Assembly (NCBI RefSeq): GCF_963921235.1
Contig: NC_086107.1
Coordinates: forward strand, 98,210,001 to 98,274,000
Direction: 5' to 3'
From: Mobula hypostoma
Lineage: Eukaryota
Length of the DNA stretch: 64,000 bases
In this document: in pieces, positions 1 through 13,655 of the stretch
Layout of the letters: each line of letters starts with the position of its first letter
Position numbering within the stretch: the first letter of the stretch is position 1
The notes under the pieces: generated by a model
What the model was told of the DNA's origin: nothing
The model's database searches: none
The model's input: the letters and a program-made list of their open reading frames with translations, nothing else
Position numbers and translations under genes: made by a program

Positions 1-468
1 AAAAGCGTTGGAAATGCCCGCAGGCCGGGCACAGCTCCAGAGATCTTCCAGTGGCGGTATTGCGGTGAAGCTGAGCGTGAGAGTGGGAATGTGGTCTGAG
101 GTTTCCTTTAGGCATGCTGGAGCCCATGGGATTTAACATGAAGTTCAACAGTTTCGCAGATCTCTCCTTACCTGATTTAAGGTCACGTGCTTGTCGTATT
201 AACTCTGCTTCTCTCTCCACAGATGCTGGCTGACCTGCAGGTTTCTGTTTACGTGTAATGCTTCCAGCATCTGCAGCGTTTTTAATCTCATAGTTTCTCG
301 ATTTTTGTTTCTTTCTCCTCTCTCGTTCATCTTGATATAAGAAACCTCCATATGTTCCCTCAGCTGGAACCTCTAGTCAGTCAGTCTCTCCCTGACACAC
401 AGATTCACTTTGTCCTCTCCACAACCCCCCGCCCCACCCCATCTCTACTGTACAAATATGTTCAGTTA

Positions 469-697
469 GCAACACACCCGAAATGCTGGAGGAATTTATC
501 AGCTCGGGCAGCATCTATGGAGGGGAATAAACAGTCAACACTTCAGACCGAAACCCTTCATTAGCACTGGAAAAGGGTTTCGGCCCATAATGCCAACTGT
601 TTATTCACCTCCATAGATGCCGCCCGACCTGCTGGGTCCCTCCAGCATTTTGTGTGTGCTGCTCAAGTTCTAAAGCATTTGCAGAACCTCTAGTGTG
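469..697. mobile_element. Old palindromic Penelope-derived mini-element with two decayed hammerhead arms
   Basis: Left arm gcaacacac..aaatgctggagg..cagcatctatggagg is the inverse of right arm cctccatagatgc..ccagcattttgtgtgtg. Same layout as 61866-62085. Confidence 0.7.
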
Positions 698-1835
698 TGT
701 AAATCTGTTCAGTTGTTAACTTCTCCTGGTTCAAATGGAATGTCTTTGACCTGAGGTGTTTCCTTTGCAGGGGCTGCCTGACTTGCTGAGAACTCCCGGC
801 ACCCTCTGTTTTTGTTGCAGGTTTTCAGCATCTGCGGCTTGGAAGCTGGAAACCGCCGTCCTGCGTCGCGAAAGGGCAATATGCTAACGAGCTGCTCTCC
901 GGCCCAGACCTGACTGGATGTTCAGCCGATGATGTAATTGGCAGGGCAACAAGATGAGCAATACTGATGCAACACGTTGCTCTGTGCCATGGCCTCGGGG
1001 TTGGGAACACCGCTCCCTGCACAAGGGAAGAGTGTTGTCTGGGACGTGCTCACCGGGTCCACTCTGTGACTGTGAGAATTGTTCCACACAGGTCAGACAG
1101 TGACTCCTTCAGCCACTGTGTCACTGCAGACATTACACCACTCACTGTGACCGGGGCAAAGATATCACCACAGGTAACCCACTATGCAGGGTCAGAATCT
1201 GTGTCACCAGACCTCTTCCACCCACTCAGGTGTACCATGACATCCCAACTCTCATTCTAAGTGCCCCAACGCACGGACACAAACGTTCTTCACCGCCCTG
1301 TCAGGATACATCACCAGTTTCAGGGAACTGTATACACATCTCTGGGGCTGTCTGTCCTACAAACAGTCCCCCGGAGCCCTGCCAATTCCTGCCCTGATAT
1401 AACTTTGCAAAATGCGTCTTTTCACACGAATCGAATTGACTTTATTCCTTACATCCCTCACATACACGAGGAGTAAAAATCTTTATGTCACGTCTCCATC
1501 CAAAAGTGCCGTGTGCAATCATAGTAATTTATAATAAACAGCCTGAGCTTTTATGATAAATTATAATAAATAGCCTCACTGGCCTGAGTGAAGCATCACC
1601 TGCCATTCATTTGCTCACTTTCGGATGATCTAGATCTTGTTGTGACCTTAGACAGCTTTCTTCACTGTCCACCACACCACCAGTTCTAATGTCATCCACA
1701 AACATACTAATCATGCCTTAGCACCAGTCCCTGTGGCATACCACTGATCACAGGCCTATATTCTGGAAAATAACCACCACCCCACTTTGACCCTTCACCC
1801 AGCCAATTTTGTATCTAATTGGCCAGCTCACCTTG

Positions 1836-2062
1836 TTAATGAGAGAGGTCGGAGGAGAACGGCCAGACTGGTTCAAGGTGACAGTCATGCAAATAACCAC
1901 GCGATACAACAGTGGTGTGCAGAACAGCACCTCAGAGCACGTAACACATCCAAACCTGATGTGGATGGGCTACAGCAGAGGAAGCCCACGGACATGCAGA
2001 AATGCTCTCAGTAGCCACTTTATTAGGTACAGGAGGGGCCCTATAGAGCAGCCACCGAGTGA
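1836..2062 (+). mobile_element. Tc1/mariner-derived non-autonomous element, 3' fragment
   Basis: Homologous to 57540-57768 (ggccagactggttcaag; ctcagtagccactttattaggtaca). Confidence 0.7.
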
Positions 2063-3009
2063 ACAATACTCAGAGTAAACACAATGTGCTGGCAACATCC
2101 TCCCAGTGACTTGTCAACCTTCACTCCCCGTCGCTGCACCATGTCTTTGGATCCAATTCAACCTTGGACAATGTGAGCTTTCACTATACTGACTAGCCCA
2201 CCATAATTTATCATATTTTCCTTTTTAAACAATGTCCCCACCAAGCCTGAAGCCGGACTGATTGAAAATTCATACAATTCCCTTCCTTGTTTAATTTAAC
2301 ATCCTGGGATATACAGTATTTCACCCAGGCCTGGTGATTTATTGATTGTCAAAGGTAACAAACCCCTAAATTTCCTCTTTTGCCTTGATTAACCCATCCT
2401 ATATTTCACACACATTCACCTGGACAGCCATCATCCCCTCTGCTGTGGAGACGAGCATAAACGTTGTTACCTTACCTGCATCCTCTATCTTCACACATGG
2501 ATTACCTTTAAGGTCACCAACACCTCGATTCTATCCTCAGAAATTATCTTCTTCTTTACATACAAAAAAAAACCTCAGACTCTGCTTTTATTTGCCAACA
2601 CATCTCATTTCAGTTCGGTTTCTTTGATATCAGAGAATGTATACAGTATACAACGTGAAATTCGTACTCTTCACAGACATCCATGGAACAAGAGATCCCA
2701 TGGAATGAATGATGGAATATTGAAGCCCCGAAGCCCCCACCCCCCCTCCACACAAGTAGCAGCTCCCATCCCTCCCACTACCACTCCCCCCCCCGACCAC
2801 CCGCACAAGCAGTAGCCCCTTATCAATACCTTCCATATACTCTCTTTGCTTTCCTGGATTTTCCTATCCTCCAAGCACCTTATCATCTGGGTGGGGAGGG
2901 GCTTCCTGGTCTGTCAGCCCCCTCTGTCGCTCTGTGGGAACAGGTGTACCCTGAACCCTTTGAAACTTCAATATCCTCCACTGCTCTGAAACTGATTTAC
3001 CGCCATCGA

Positions 3010-4810
3010 TTCAGAATCAGAATCAGGTTTAACATCACCAGCACATGTTGTGAAATTTGTTAAATTTGCAGCAGCAGTATCATGCAATACTTAATAATAT
3101 AAAAAACTGAATTGCAGTAGGTATGTATATGTATATTAAACAGTTAGTACAAATACAACTTCAACTACTGCACAGAGTCTTGTCATCTTCAGAAGTTTTT
3201 GGATGACTCTGCCATAGTTGGATGCATCAGCAAGGGAGATGAGGCTGAGTACAGGGCTACGGTAGGAAACTTTGTCACATGGTGTGAGCAGAATTATCTG
3301 CAGCTTAATGTGAAAAAGACTAAGGAGCTGGTGGTAGACCTGAGGAGAGCTAAGGTACCGGTGACCCCTGTTTCCATCCAGGGGGTCAGTGTGGACATGG
3401 TGGAGGATTACAAATACCTGGGGATACGAATTGACAATAAACTGGACTGGTCAAAGAAGACTGAGGCTGTCTACAGGAAGGGTCAGAGCTGTCTCTATTT
3501 CCTGAGGAGACTGAGGTCCTTTAACATCTGCCGGACGATGCTGAGGATGTTCTATGAGTCTGTGGTGGCCAGTGCGATCATGTTTGCTGTTGTGTCCTGG
3601 GGCAGCAGGCTGAGGGTAGCAGACACCAACAGAATCAACAAACTCATTTGTAAGGCCAGTGATGTTGTGGGGATGGAACTGGACTCTCTGACGGTGGTGT
3701 CTGAAAAGAGGATGCTGTCCAAGTTGCATGCCATCTTGGACAATGTCTCCCATCCACTACATAGTGTACTGGGTGGGCACAGGAGTACATTCAGCCAGAG
3801 ACTCATTCCACCGAGATGCAACACTGAGCGTCATAGGAGGTCATTCCCGCCTGTGGCCATCAAACTTTACAACTCCTCCCTTGGAGGGTCAGACACCCTG
3901 AGCCAATAGGCTGGTCCTGGACTTATTTCCTGGCATAATTTACATATTATTATTTAACTATTTATGGTTTTAATACTATTTATTATTTATGGTGCAACTG
4001 TAACGAAAACCAATTTCCCCCAGGATCTATGACTATGACTATGACCATAAATAGTGCAAAAACACAAACTTAAAAAAAAAAGTTGTGATGTAGTCTTCAT
4101 GGGTCCAATGTCCATTTGGAAATTGGATGGCAGAGGGGAAGAAGCTGTTCCTGAATCGCTGAGTGTGAGCCTTCAGACTTCTGTACCTCCTTCCTGATGG
4201 TAACAGTGAGAAGAGGGCATGTCCTTTCGAGTGGGGGTCATTAATGATGGACACCTCCTTCCTGAGACACCACTCCTTGAAGATGTCTTGGATACTACAG
4301 AGGTTAGTACTCATGATGGAGCTGCCTAAGTTAACAGCTCTTTGCAACTTACTTCGATCCTGTGCAGTAGCACACCATGCTCCCCCATACCAGACAGTGA
4401 TGCAGCCTGTCAGAATGCTCTCCACGATACATCTATAGAAGTTGTCGAGTGTTTTAGGTGACAAACCAAATCCCTTCAAACTCCAAATGAAATATAGCCC
4501 GCTGTCTTGCCTTCTTTATAGCTGCGTCAACATGTTGGGACCAGGTTAGGTCCTCAGAGATCTTGACACCCAGGAGCTTGAAGCTGCTCACTCTCTCCAC
4601 TTCTGATCCCTCTATGAGGATTGGTCTGTGTTCCCTTGTTCTACCCTTTCAGAAGTCCACAGTCAGCTCTTTGGCCTCACTAACATTGAGTGTCAGGTTG
4701 TTTCTGCGACACCACTCCACCAGTTGGTATATCTCACTCCTGTACACCCTCTCGTCACCATCTGAGATTCCGCCAGCAATGGTTGTATCGTCAACAAATT
4801 TATAGATGGC
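3010..4810 (-). mobile_element. Older Rex1/Babar-like LINE 3' fragment, interrupted by the insertion at 3146-4046
   Basis: Minus-strand ORFs ESILTGCITVWYG...LLPSGRRYRSLKAHTQRFRNSFFPSAI, and a (GATTCT)n-type tail at ~3010-3025. Confidence 0.85.
3146..4046 (+). mobile_element. Young 5'-truncated Rex1/Babar-like LINE 3' end (RT C-terminus) with (ACTATG)n tail, nested in an older LINE
   Basis: ORF 3199-3909 reads DDSAIVGCIS...LNVKKTKELVVDLRR...YKYLG...FLRRLRSF, with a tandem tail at ~4027-4045. A near-identical 3' end lies at 14893-15260. Confidence 0.9.
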
Positions 4811-5040
4811 ATCCGTTCCAATATTGACAAGTCACTCCCCAGTCTAATGCAATTGCAGTTTACAATATTTACTCCTATTTTGTCCTTCCCATTTCCCACA
4901 TGAGGTTCATTACATAACAACAGTGATCACAGAGGTGCTCCTCACTGTTACTCCTCCCTCCTGATCCACCTCATTCACCGAAACTGAATCTAGAAGTGTC
5001 TCACCACCCAACTCCCCCCAGCGTTGGGGTGGTAGCCAGT

Positions 5041-5120
5041 CAGGGGCTCCCAACCCTTTTTATGCCACGGACCCCTACCACTAACTGAGGGGTCCGTGTT
5101 CCCCATGTTGGGAGCCCCTG
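5041..5120. mobile_element. 80-bp hAT-type MITE (CAGGGG..CCCCTG TIRs); relatives at ~29395-29462, 33862-33941, 39394-39464 and 53513-53593
   Basis: caggggctcccaac / gttgggagcccctg inverted termini. The 53513 copy has an 8-bp TSD-like flank, gtatagag/gtagagag. Confidence 0.75.
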
Positions 5121-5313
5121 CTGCCAGGGAATTTATGAAATTTAGGAATCCTGGGTCTTTGTACCACTTCTATTGACTGCATCCAGTTAATATTGGTGTT
5201 GGAGGAGGGGGAACTGAAATCTTCTGCTGTTGCTGCCCTTGTGGGCAACATCACTGGGATTAGTTTGCCTCTGCTGACTTTGTCCACGTTATATCCATGT
5301 ATTCTTTGTCCAC

Positions 5314-5503
5314 GTCGGGCACTTTCATGCCTTACAAGGCGCAGATTGGAAGTCTGTGTGGGGCGCCACTCCTCACACAGACACCAGAGCAATGTGTGAT
5401 TAAGTGCCTTGCTCAAGGACACAAACATGCTGCCACAGCTGAGGCTTGAACTAGCGACCTTCAGATCACTAGACAAACGCCTTAACCACTTGGCCACGTG
5501 CCC
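5314..5503 (-). mobile_element. tRNA-derived SINE (V-SINE-like core)
   Basis: Minus-strand head GGGCACGTGGCCAAGTGGTTAAGGCG (A box) ... AGTTCAAGCC (B box), then the core TGTGTCCTTGAGCAAGGCACTTAA. Confidence 0.8.
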
Positions 5504-5557
5504 AACGCAGGCCTCTCGTGGTCTGAGTCGACGTTCCTTCCCCCTCGTTTGTCCACG

Positions 5558-5932
5558 TATAGACAATAAACAATAGGTGCAGGAGTAGGCCATTCGGCCC
5601 TTCGAGCCAGCACCACCATTCACTGTGATCATGGCTGATCATCCACAATCAGTACCCTTTTCCTGTCTTCTCCTCATATCCCTTCACTCCGATATCTTTA
5701 AGAGCTCTTTTTTGAAAGAATCCAGAGAATTGGCCTCCACTGCCTTCTGAGGCAGAGCATTCCACAGAACCACAACCTTCTGTGTGAAAAAGTTTTTCCT
5801 CAACTCCGTTCTAAATTGTCTACCCCTTATTCTTAAACTGTGGCCTCCGGTTCTGGACTCCCCCAACATCGGGAACATGTTTCCTGCCTCTAGCGTGTCC
5901 AATCCCTTAATAATCTTATATGTTTCAATCAC
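5558..5932 (-). mobile_element. CR1 LINE 3' end
   Basis: ORF IETYKIIKGLD...GHSLRIRG...RKNFFTQKVV.LWNALP plus a typical CR1 3' UTR. Same family as 44150-44799. Confidence 0.9.
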
Positions 5933-6070
5933 CTAGATCTCGTTATATAGTTTGCATAAGTTCGACATGTCACCAAAAACCTCTATAGATGCACAGTGGG
6001 GAGTATCTCACCTGGTTGCATTTTGTCCTGTGCTGAAAGCACCAATTCCCAGAAGTGGGAAAGACTGAAA

Positions 6071-6153
6071 TGTGACGGGGTCCTGAATTACCCCTATGAA
6101 CTGTGCTTTTGAAGAGAGAGAGAGAGATATTTAACACCAATATCTTGTTTTGA

Positions 6154-6192
<39 letters not shown>

Positions 6193-7020
6193 CTAACTTT
6201 TGGATTTCTGCTGAGTTGGAGAGAGAGAGAGAGCACCGAGCAGCTCGTAAGTTGCTATGGTGACCAAGGGCAGCGTTATTTGATGGACAATCGATGTTAC
6301 AGTTTCTCTGGAGTATGTTTATACTTTCTCCAAGGACATTTGCCTGCTCGTACACTCTTACACAGACAGAGATGGGAGGAGTTATTTGAATGAGAGTTGG
6401 TACTCAGTACGGTGAGATAAATAGAAGGTCAGATGATAGACCTGCAGCACGTGTTTTGGGACACTGAACGAGCTCTGTTGTGCCCACAGAAAAAGTGGGT
6501 TTTTGGAGAATTGATCAGGCAGATCAATCAGTGGCTCTTGCAATGAGAAAAGTGGGTGACCGGTGGGGAGTTGTCCATGTGTCCAACCCTTGTCTGGGTT
6601 GATAGCTCCACCACAGAAAAACGGAACCCTTTGTTGAAGTCACAGATGGTGACTTTTAAAGGATTTCGGAGGACAACTGGAAGATCGACGGCGTCAGCTC
6701 ATCTGAAGACTCAAATCTCTCCCTCTCTCTCTCTCCATCACTACTCAACTCAATACCACCAACTGGACTGAACTTTACTCATTATCGTAAGACTGTATCT
6801 ATTTACCCCTAGACTTGAAGAAGCTTGATTTTCATATATTTCCACACTTACAGATATACTTACTTATATATAATCATTGCTAACCTGTTTCATTCATCTG
6901 CATTTATTTTACTGTATTGCGTAGTTACTAATAAATATTATTAGTTAATAGCAATACCAGACTCCAAAGTGTTTTCCATTTCTGCTGGTTCTTTAACCCG
7001 TCACAGGGTACGTGACAACA
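6071..7020 (+). mobile_element. Solo LTR (~950 bp) inserted into a Rex-like LINE
   Basis: TG...CA termini, 4-bp TSD gaaa (6067-6070 / 7021-7024), TGTGACGGG with a near-terminal inverse CCCGTCACA, and AATAAA at ~6930. The host LINE resumes after it. Confidence 0.75.
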
Positions 7021-7299
7021 GAAAGTGGTGGACACAGCAAGGTCCATCACAGGCAAAGTCCTCCCCACCACTGAGTACATTTACAAAGAGCACTGCCACA
7101 AGAAAGCAGCGTCCATCATAAAAACCCCCACCAAGTAGGCCATGCAACTCCCATCGGGTAGGTGGCACAGGAGCCTTAGGTCCCACATCACTGGCTTCAA
7201 GAACAGTTATTACTCTACAACCATCCGGCCACTGAATTGGGGCAACTTCACTCCCCACTACTCTGAACTACGGACTCACTTACAAAGACTCTACAAAGC

Positions 7300-8010
7300 T
7301 CAAAGTAAATTAATTATCAAAGTACATACAGTATATGTCACCATATATAATGCTGAGGTTCATTTTCTTGGTGGCATTCCCAGCAGAACAAAGAAATACA
7401 ATTGAATCGGTGAAAAACTCAAACAAAGACTGACAAACAACCAATGTGCAAATGAAGACAAATACAAACAAAAACAAAAGTAATAAGTAAATATGTAAGA
7501 AAGTAAATAAGGCTGAGAACATGAGTTGTAGAGTCCTTGAAAGTGTGTCCTTAGGTTGTAGAATCAGTTCAGAGTTGAGGTGAGTGAAGTTATCTATGCT
7601 GGTCAGCAGCCTGATGGTTTGGGGGTAATAACTATTCCTGAACCTAGTGGTGTTAGTCCTAAGACTCCTGTACCTCCTTCCCAATAGCAGCAGGGAGAAG
7701 ACAGCATGTCCTAGATGGTGAGGTCCTTGATGGATTCTGCTTTCTTGTGGCAGCTCAGTGTAGATGTGCTCAATGGTGGGGAGGGCTTTTCCTGTCATAG
7801 TCTGGGCTGGATGCACCACCAGGCCATGATGTAACCAGCCACTGAGCATTGATAGAAGGTGGTCAAAATTCTAGATGATATGCGAAGCTGTGCAAACTTC
7901 TAAGAAAATAGAAGCACGGCCAAGTGTTTTTTTTTTGTAATGATACTTAGGTGCTGGTCCCAGGACAAATCCTCTGAAACGATAATGCCAAGGAATTCAT
8001 CTCACATTCT
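7300..8010 (-). mobile_element. Old Rex1/Babar-like LINE 3' fragment
   Basis: ORF 7310-7849 contains LLGRRYRSLRTNTTRFRNSYYPQTIRLL. Confidence 0.8.
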
Positions 8011-8470
8011 CAATATTATTCATTTTTTTCCTTTGCACAATTTGTCTTCTTTTGCTCATTGTTTCTCTGTCAGCCTCTGTTTGTTTTCAGGTTTTCACAA
8101 ATTCTATTTCTTTGTTTTCATGTAAATGCCTGCAGAAAATTGAATCTCAAGGTAGTGTGAACTTTGATATTCACTTTTACTTTGACTTTGTCACTCCTGG
8201 GCACCACACACTATCACTGGGGCACATGCTTACAGAGGCAAATTGCCACTGCGGATGCCTTATCACTGTCAGTAGCATCTCTCTCTCTCTGGGGTCTACA
8301 TCATTCATCAGGTATTGACTAAGTGCCGATTACCATATCGCTGCGGCAACCATGTATACTAAATGGTGGCGAGCACCATATCACCCCTGACAAACTAACT
8401 TCCATGGCATCATGTCAGCGGGCATAGAGGGCACTATTGTACTGTACTTAACCCCCACACCAATATATAA

Positions 8471-8775
8471 AGGCATCCGTTAGTCTTGCAAGACCATGGA
8501 TCTGTGCCTGGAAAGTCTTCACTCTCCAGGGCAGAGGCCTGGGCAAGTTTGTATGGAAGACCAGCAGTTGCCCATGCTGCAAGTCTCCCCTCTCCACGAC
8601 ACCCATGTTGTCCAAGGGAAGGGCAAGGGCCGATACAGCTTGGCACCAGTGTCGTCGCAGAGCACTGTGTGATTAAGTGCCTTGATCAAGGACGCAACAT
8701 GCCGCCTCGGCTGGGGCCCGAACTCACAACCTTCAGATCGCTAGTCGAACGCCTTAACCACTTGGCCACGTGCCC
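8471..8775 (-). mobile_element. tRNA-derived SINE, apparently full length (second copy at 58820-59111)
   Basis: Same A/B-box head and core as 5314-5503. The 3' part ending ...gactaacggatgcct is shared with the 58820 copy. Confidence 0.85.
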
Positions 8776-9539
8776 ACACCAATATACAACACTCAATATA
8801 CTATGAAAGCTTCATCACTGAGGGAACCATATCATGGTAGGCACCAGATCATCTGCACCCCATATTCCTAGGGGAACAATATCACTGGAACAACATGTCT
8901 CCATAGCAACAATATCACCGTGGAAACTATGTACATGGCATCAGTGCCCCCAGCTCAATAACTCGAGCTCTCTGTCCATTGAGAGCAGAATCAGAGTGGG
9001 GCACGGATCCGTGTGGACACCAAAGATCAGGGCACGCAGCGGATTCCTGGGAAGCACAACTCTCTAGGTCACACGTCACCACTCACCACAAAGTCTCAGT
9101 GGAACCGCGTCCTGTTGAGCATTGTATGCTAATGACAGGTGTAGCATGGAGTTAGAAAAGGGAAATCATGTTTGTCTAGTCTATTGGAGGTTGTTGAGGA
9201 TGTGATAAGTAGTGGATATATTAGAATATGGAGCAGTACAGTATCTGGCCCTTTGGCCCACGATGTTGTGCTGACCGATATCAATCTAACCCTTCCCTCC
9301 ATAACCCGCCATTTTTCTTGCATCCATGTGCCCATCTAAGAGTGTTTTCAGTGTCCTGGTTGTATCAGCCTCCATCATCAATCCCGGCAATGTGTTCACC
9401 ACACTCTCAGTTAAAAAAACACCCTACGTCTGACATCTCCCCTAAACTTTCCTGCAATGGATGTCCTCTGAGATTGACCACTGCCACCCTGGCTGTCCTC
9501 TGTGATACATTGACCCTTGTAGAAGGCATTCCACAAGGT

Positions 9540-10382
9540 CTCACACAGGGTTACAATGTTAGACATGATATGCTACCTACAGTGACAATATATGTATGTA
9601 CTTGCTCACTCTATTCTCTACTTCAGAAGACCTTGACTTTGTGGAGGAGCTTGTACTGCACACCTGCCAGAGAAAACTCAGCACCTGTCTACCTTCAGTG
9701 GACAGGTTGGACTCAAGGTCAGCCAGAGAAAGACTGGGACCATGACCTTCAAATGTAGATCCTCCTCCTCCCCCCCCAAGGCATTTGGCGTTGACTTACC
9801 GAGCGCCGGCAGATTCACCTACCTTGGCAGCATCTTTCAGCAGGATGGTGGGATCAAGGACCACATCCGGTGCAGACTTGGAAAACTTAGAAATGTCTTC
9901 AGATCAATGAACAACATATGGGGATTAAGGAAGTACAACGTCCATTATTAAGGACCTCCAGCATCCAGGACATGCCCTTTTCTCACTTTTACCATCAGGA
10001 AGGAGGTACAGAAGCCTGAAGGCACACACTCAGTGATTCAGGAACAGCTTCTTCCCCTCTGCCATCCGATTCCTAAGTGGACATTGAACCCGTGAACACT
10101 ACCTCACTTTTTAAATATATATTATTTCTGTTTTTGCACAATTTTTAATTTATTCAATATACATAAACTGTAATTGATTTACCTATTTATTTTTACTTCT
10201 TTACTTCTATATTATGTGCTGCATTGAACTGCTGCTGCTAACGACTCATGCTGGTGATAACAAACCTGATTCTGATTCTGACTCTGTACCGGAGCTGTGT
10301 TCAGCCCCCACTCTGGTATGGGTCAGAATACTTGCGCATGATGGAGAACGACCTTGCCAAGCTGTTGTCATTCCACACCGTG
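9540..10382 (+). mobile_element. Decayed RTE-clade LINE RT fragment, interrupted by a Rex-like 3' end (9950-10283)
   Basis: FTYLGSIFQQDGG..IRCRLGK and LYRSCV..LWYGSE...LAKLLSFHT are RTE-type RT C-terminal motifs. Confidence 0.65.
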
Positions 10383-13300
10383 AGCCAATGTGTATGTGTA
10401 GAAGGCCACAAAGCTAGCCAACAGGGAATTGGGGTCAATGCACTGACATGGACTGAGAGTAGGTTATGGGACAGATGACAAGGAATGGGAGGTTGGCAGG
10501 CTGTAACTAGTGGGGTATTGCAGGGAACTCTGCTTGGGTCCCAGCTATTCACAATCCATGTCAATTGCTTGACTGAGGAGCCAAATATCGCAGTTGGAAG
10601 CTTACTGGTGGTGTGGGAGAGGGGCTAGTTTTGCTGCTGTTGTCTGGTGTTGTGTTTTTGCTGTTGTTAGTGTTGTTCTGCTGAACACTGTGGGCCCGCT
10701 ATGTTGTCGTAAACACAAGAAGTTCTGTGGATACTGGAAAGCCAAAGCGACACGCACACAATGCTGGAGGAACTCAGTGGCTCAGCCATGAACAAACGGT
10801 CAACGTTTCAGGCTGAGACCTTTCTTCAGGACTGTAAAGGAAAGGGGAAGAGGCCAGAATAAAGAGGTGGTGGGGTGGGGGTTGGGAAGAAAGCTAGCTA
10901 GAAGGTGACAGGTGAGGCCGGGTGGGTAGGAAAAGTAAAGATCGTCGCGGGAATGCATGACGACACTTGCAGGCTGCGCCCAGCACATCCTCGGACGTGA
11001 TGGTTGTTAATGCAAACAAAGCATTTCCCTCCATATCCCGCTGTATATGAGAATCTGAATCATAAGGTGGCTCCAAGCGCAGTGAGCAAACAAGGTGGTG
11101 GCAGATTGTTCGCAAACGTGGGCTTGCCCGGTTTGGGGGCCTAAAGCAGAGTGTGTTTTAAACGGTGAGTTACTGGGCAATGCCACTAAAAGATAACGTG
11201 CAGGAGCAGCTGGCAGTCAGGAGGGCTGGCCTCTGCAGCACAGGAGCAAGGGTGCTTTTCTGCAGTGGTACGGGGCCGGAGCGCCGGGCTTTGTGAGTTA
11301 AAACTACATAATTGCCACAGAGGTAGTGAAGCACAGAATTACCAGACAAAAGAAGTAGGTTATTAAAAGTAGGTTATCCATGAGAGGAGAGATTGAATAG
11401 ACTGAGACTTCATTCTCTAGAGCTTATAAGAATGAAACCTGCAAAATTCTCACAGGCTCAATAAGGTGGATGCAGGGAAGGTGATTCCCCTGGCTGAGGT
11501 GTGCAGAACTATATTCACAACAGAGACATGTTTATTTCAAGATATTAAGGGAATTGCAGGATAAGGGGATAGCACAGGGAAATGGTGCTGAGGTTTGATG
11601 GACCGAATGGCCAACTCTTGCTCGCATTTCTCACGGTCTTCCCAAGTCATTGCCGCCCCCTGCAGCACTGGCAAAACACTGGAACAATTCACAGGACTTC
11701 TTTGGCAGCTCCTCCCAAACCTGTGACATCCAACGTCTGAAAGGACAAGGGCACGAGGATGCCAGCAATTCCAAGTTCTCCTCCAAGACCCTGCCTTTCC
11801 TGGCCTGAAGTCAGTTGCCATTCCCGCATTGTTTCACAGCCAACATCCTGCCTCGGAGTGGGTGGACCTTCCCCACACACAGAGCTATAGCACGCCTCAA
11901 GGTCAGATCAGGATGCTTCAATCTTTAAAAAAATCCTGCCTTACTACAAAGTTTCCTGATATTTTAGGTCATTTCCCCCGACCTGGTAGATTATTCCAAA
12001 AAAGGTTCCAAACAGAATCCCTTCAATGGAAGTGTTTGAAATGAACGTATCCCAAGAGCAGCTCTACATCCCCAGATCTCAATGCCTTGGCCAGGCTTGG
12101 GGGAATTGGACAAGTTCTCACTGTTGGCTCTGTGCTTGGAGCTGAGCAGATGAAGTCTACAGATGTTGCAAGTCAGCACCTGTGCATCGGGAGCTCAGGA
12201 AGCAACTTGCTCTGCTTTCTGCTGATAAGAGATTTCAGAACGTTCCAGAGGAAGCTCAGAGATCCCTGCACCTGTTTACGGATTTGTACCCCGTCCCTTC
12301 ATCCTCTGTAAAATCGCAGCTGGCCGGGTGACGTCACAATGTAATCTGGCTTTCCTTGTTTGTTTATCAGGTGGGTGGTTTATAAAGGTCTGCAGGGCAT
12401 CTGTAGGGACCCGTGCAGTAGTCCACAGCCTCGTTTGTCAGATCATGAAGGGCCCAGAGATGGCTTCCTTTGATGAGAGCTCTCACATAGATTCAGAGCG
12501 AGAGGCAGCCCGGAAGCAGGCCCACTGATTAATTCCCCCGCCTCCTAGATTCTACCAGTCACCCACAAACATGGTGGGGGTAATTTACAGCGGCCAATTA
12601 ACCCACCAGCCCGCATGCCTTTGGGGACGCGGGAGCAAACGAGAGCACCCGGAGGAAATCCATGTGGTCACAGAGAGAACTGCAAACTCCGCGCGGACAG
12701 CAACCGAGGTCAGGATTGAACCCTGGTTTCCAGAGCGGCTCTATCATCCGCTCCAAAGGTTCAATTTAATGTCAGAGAATGTGTACAGTATACAACCTGA
12801 AATTCTTACTTGTCACGGACATCCATGAAACAGGGGGAAAAAGCCCCAAAGAATGAATGACAGGAAAATTTAGAACCCCAAAGCTCCTCCCCCCCATCCC
12901 ACACACAAGTGGCAGCAAAAGCATCAACTCTCGCCCCCTCACTTACTTCAGCAAAAAGCATCAGCCCCCATCACCCACCAGAGTCCATGAGCTACAGTCA
13001 ATCAAAAACTACTGCAATCCTACCTCTTCAACATCTCAACTTACGAGGGAGAGAGGGATATGGATCTTGGTGCAGTGAGACGGGAGACCAACAACTCGCT
13101 GTTTCGACGTTACAGTGCGGCTTATTCGAGCTCCCCCCGACTCCAGGATCAGCAAACTCACTCTCACCATTGAGGGAGAGAGAGAGAGTGCAGAGGCCTC
13201 CGACAGCCGCGCCCTCTGTCCCGCTGTTTCGATCTCCCGCGGCGCCTCAGTCGCCGACTGGTGGGGAACTGGGTCGTCCTCGGCTGCACCCGGAAGGCGC

Positions 13301-13655
13301 GTGCCGTCCAAGCCGTTCCTGGAGATCCCGAAACGCAGGCTACTCGGTGAGTTCCGAAGAGCAAGAACCCACCGTCCGTGAAGAATGTAGTTTGAGTGCA
13401 GCTGTAGATTACGGACTCTGACAGAACCCCAGCCACCGTGACTCCTCTGAAACACTATGGTGTTTCATCTCCGCACTTCCTCAACTTCTCCATCAAAGCT
13501 TCACCATCTTAGGTGTGGGACTTATTGATGAAAATGATCCGTTCACTTCCACCTCATTAAAACCCATCCATACAGTTCCTATTCTCTCCCACTTTGCCCA
13601 ATACTCTCAACAGAGATGAGGGCCTCACTAAGGTGAGCTTTCAGAGGTTCAAGCA

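Noticed and set aside
5430..5503. tRNA gene (also ~8700-8775 and ~59045-59111)
   Set aside because: The A/B boxes continue into a shared SINE core and there is no proper acceptor stem. These are SINE heads.
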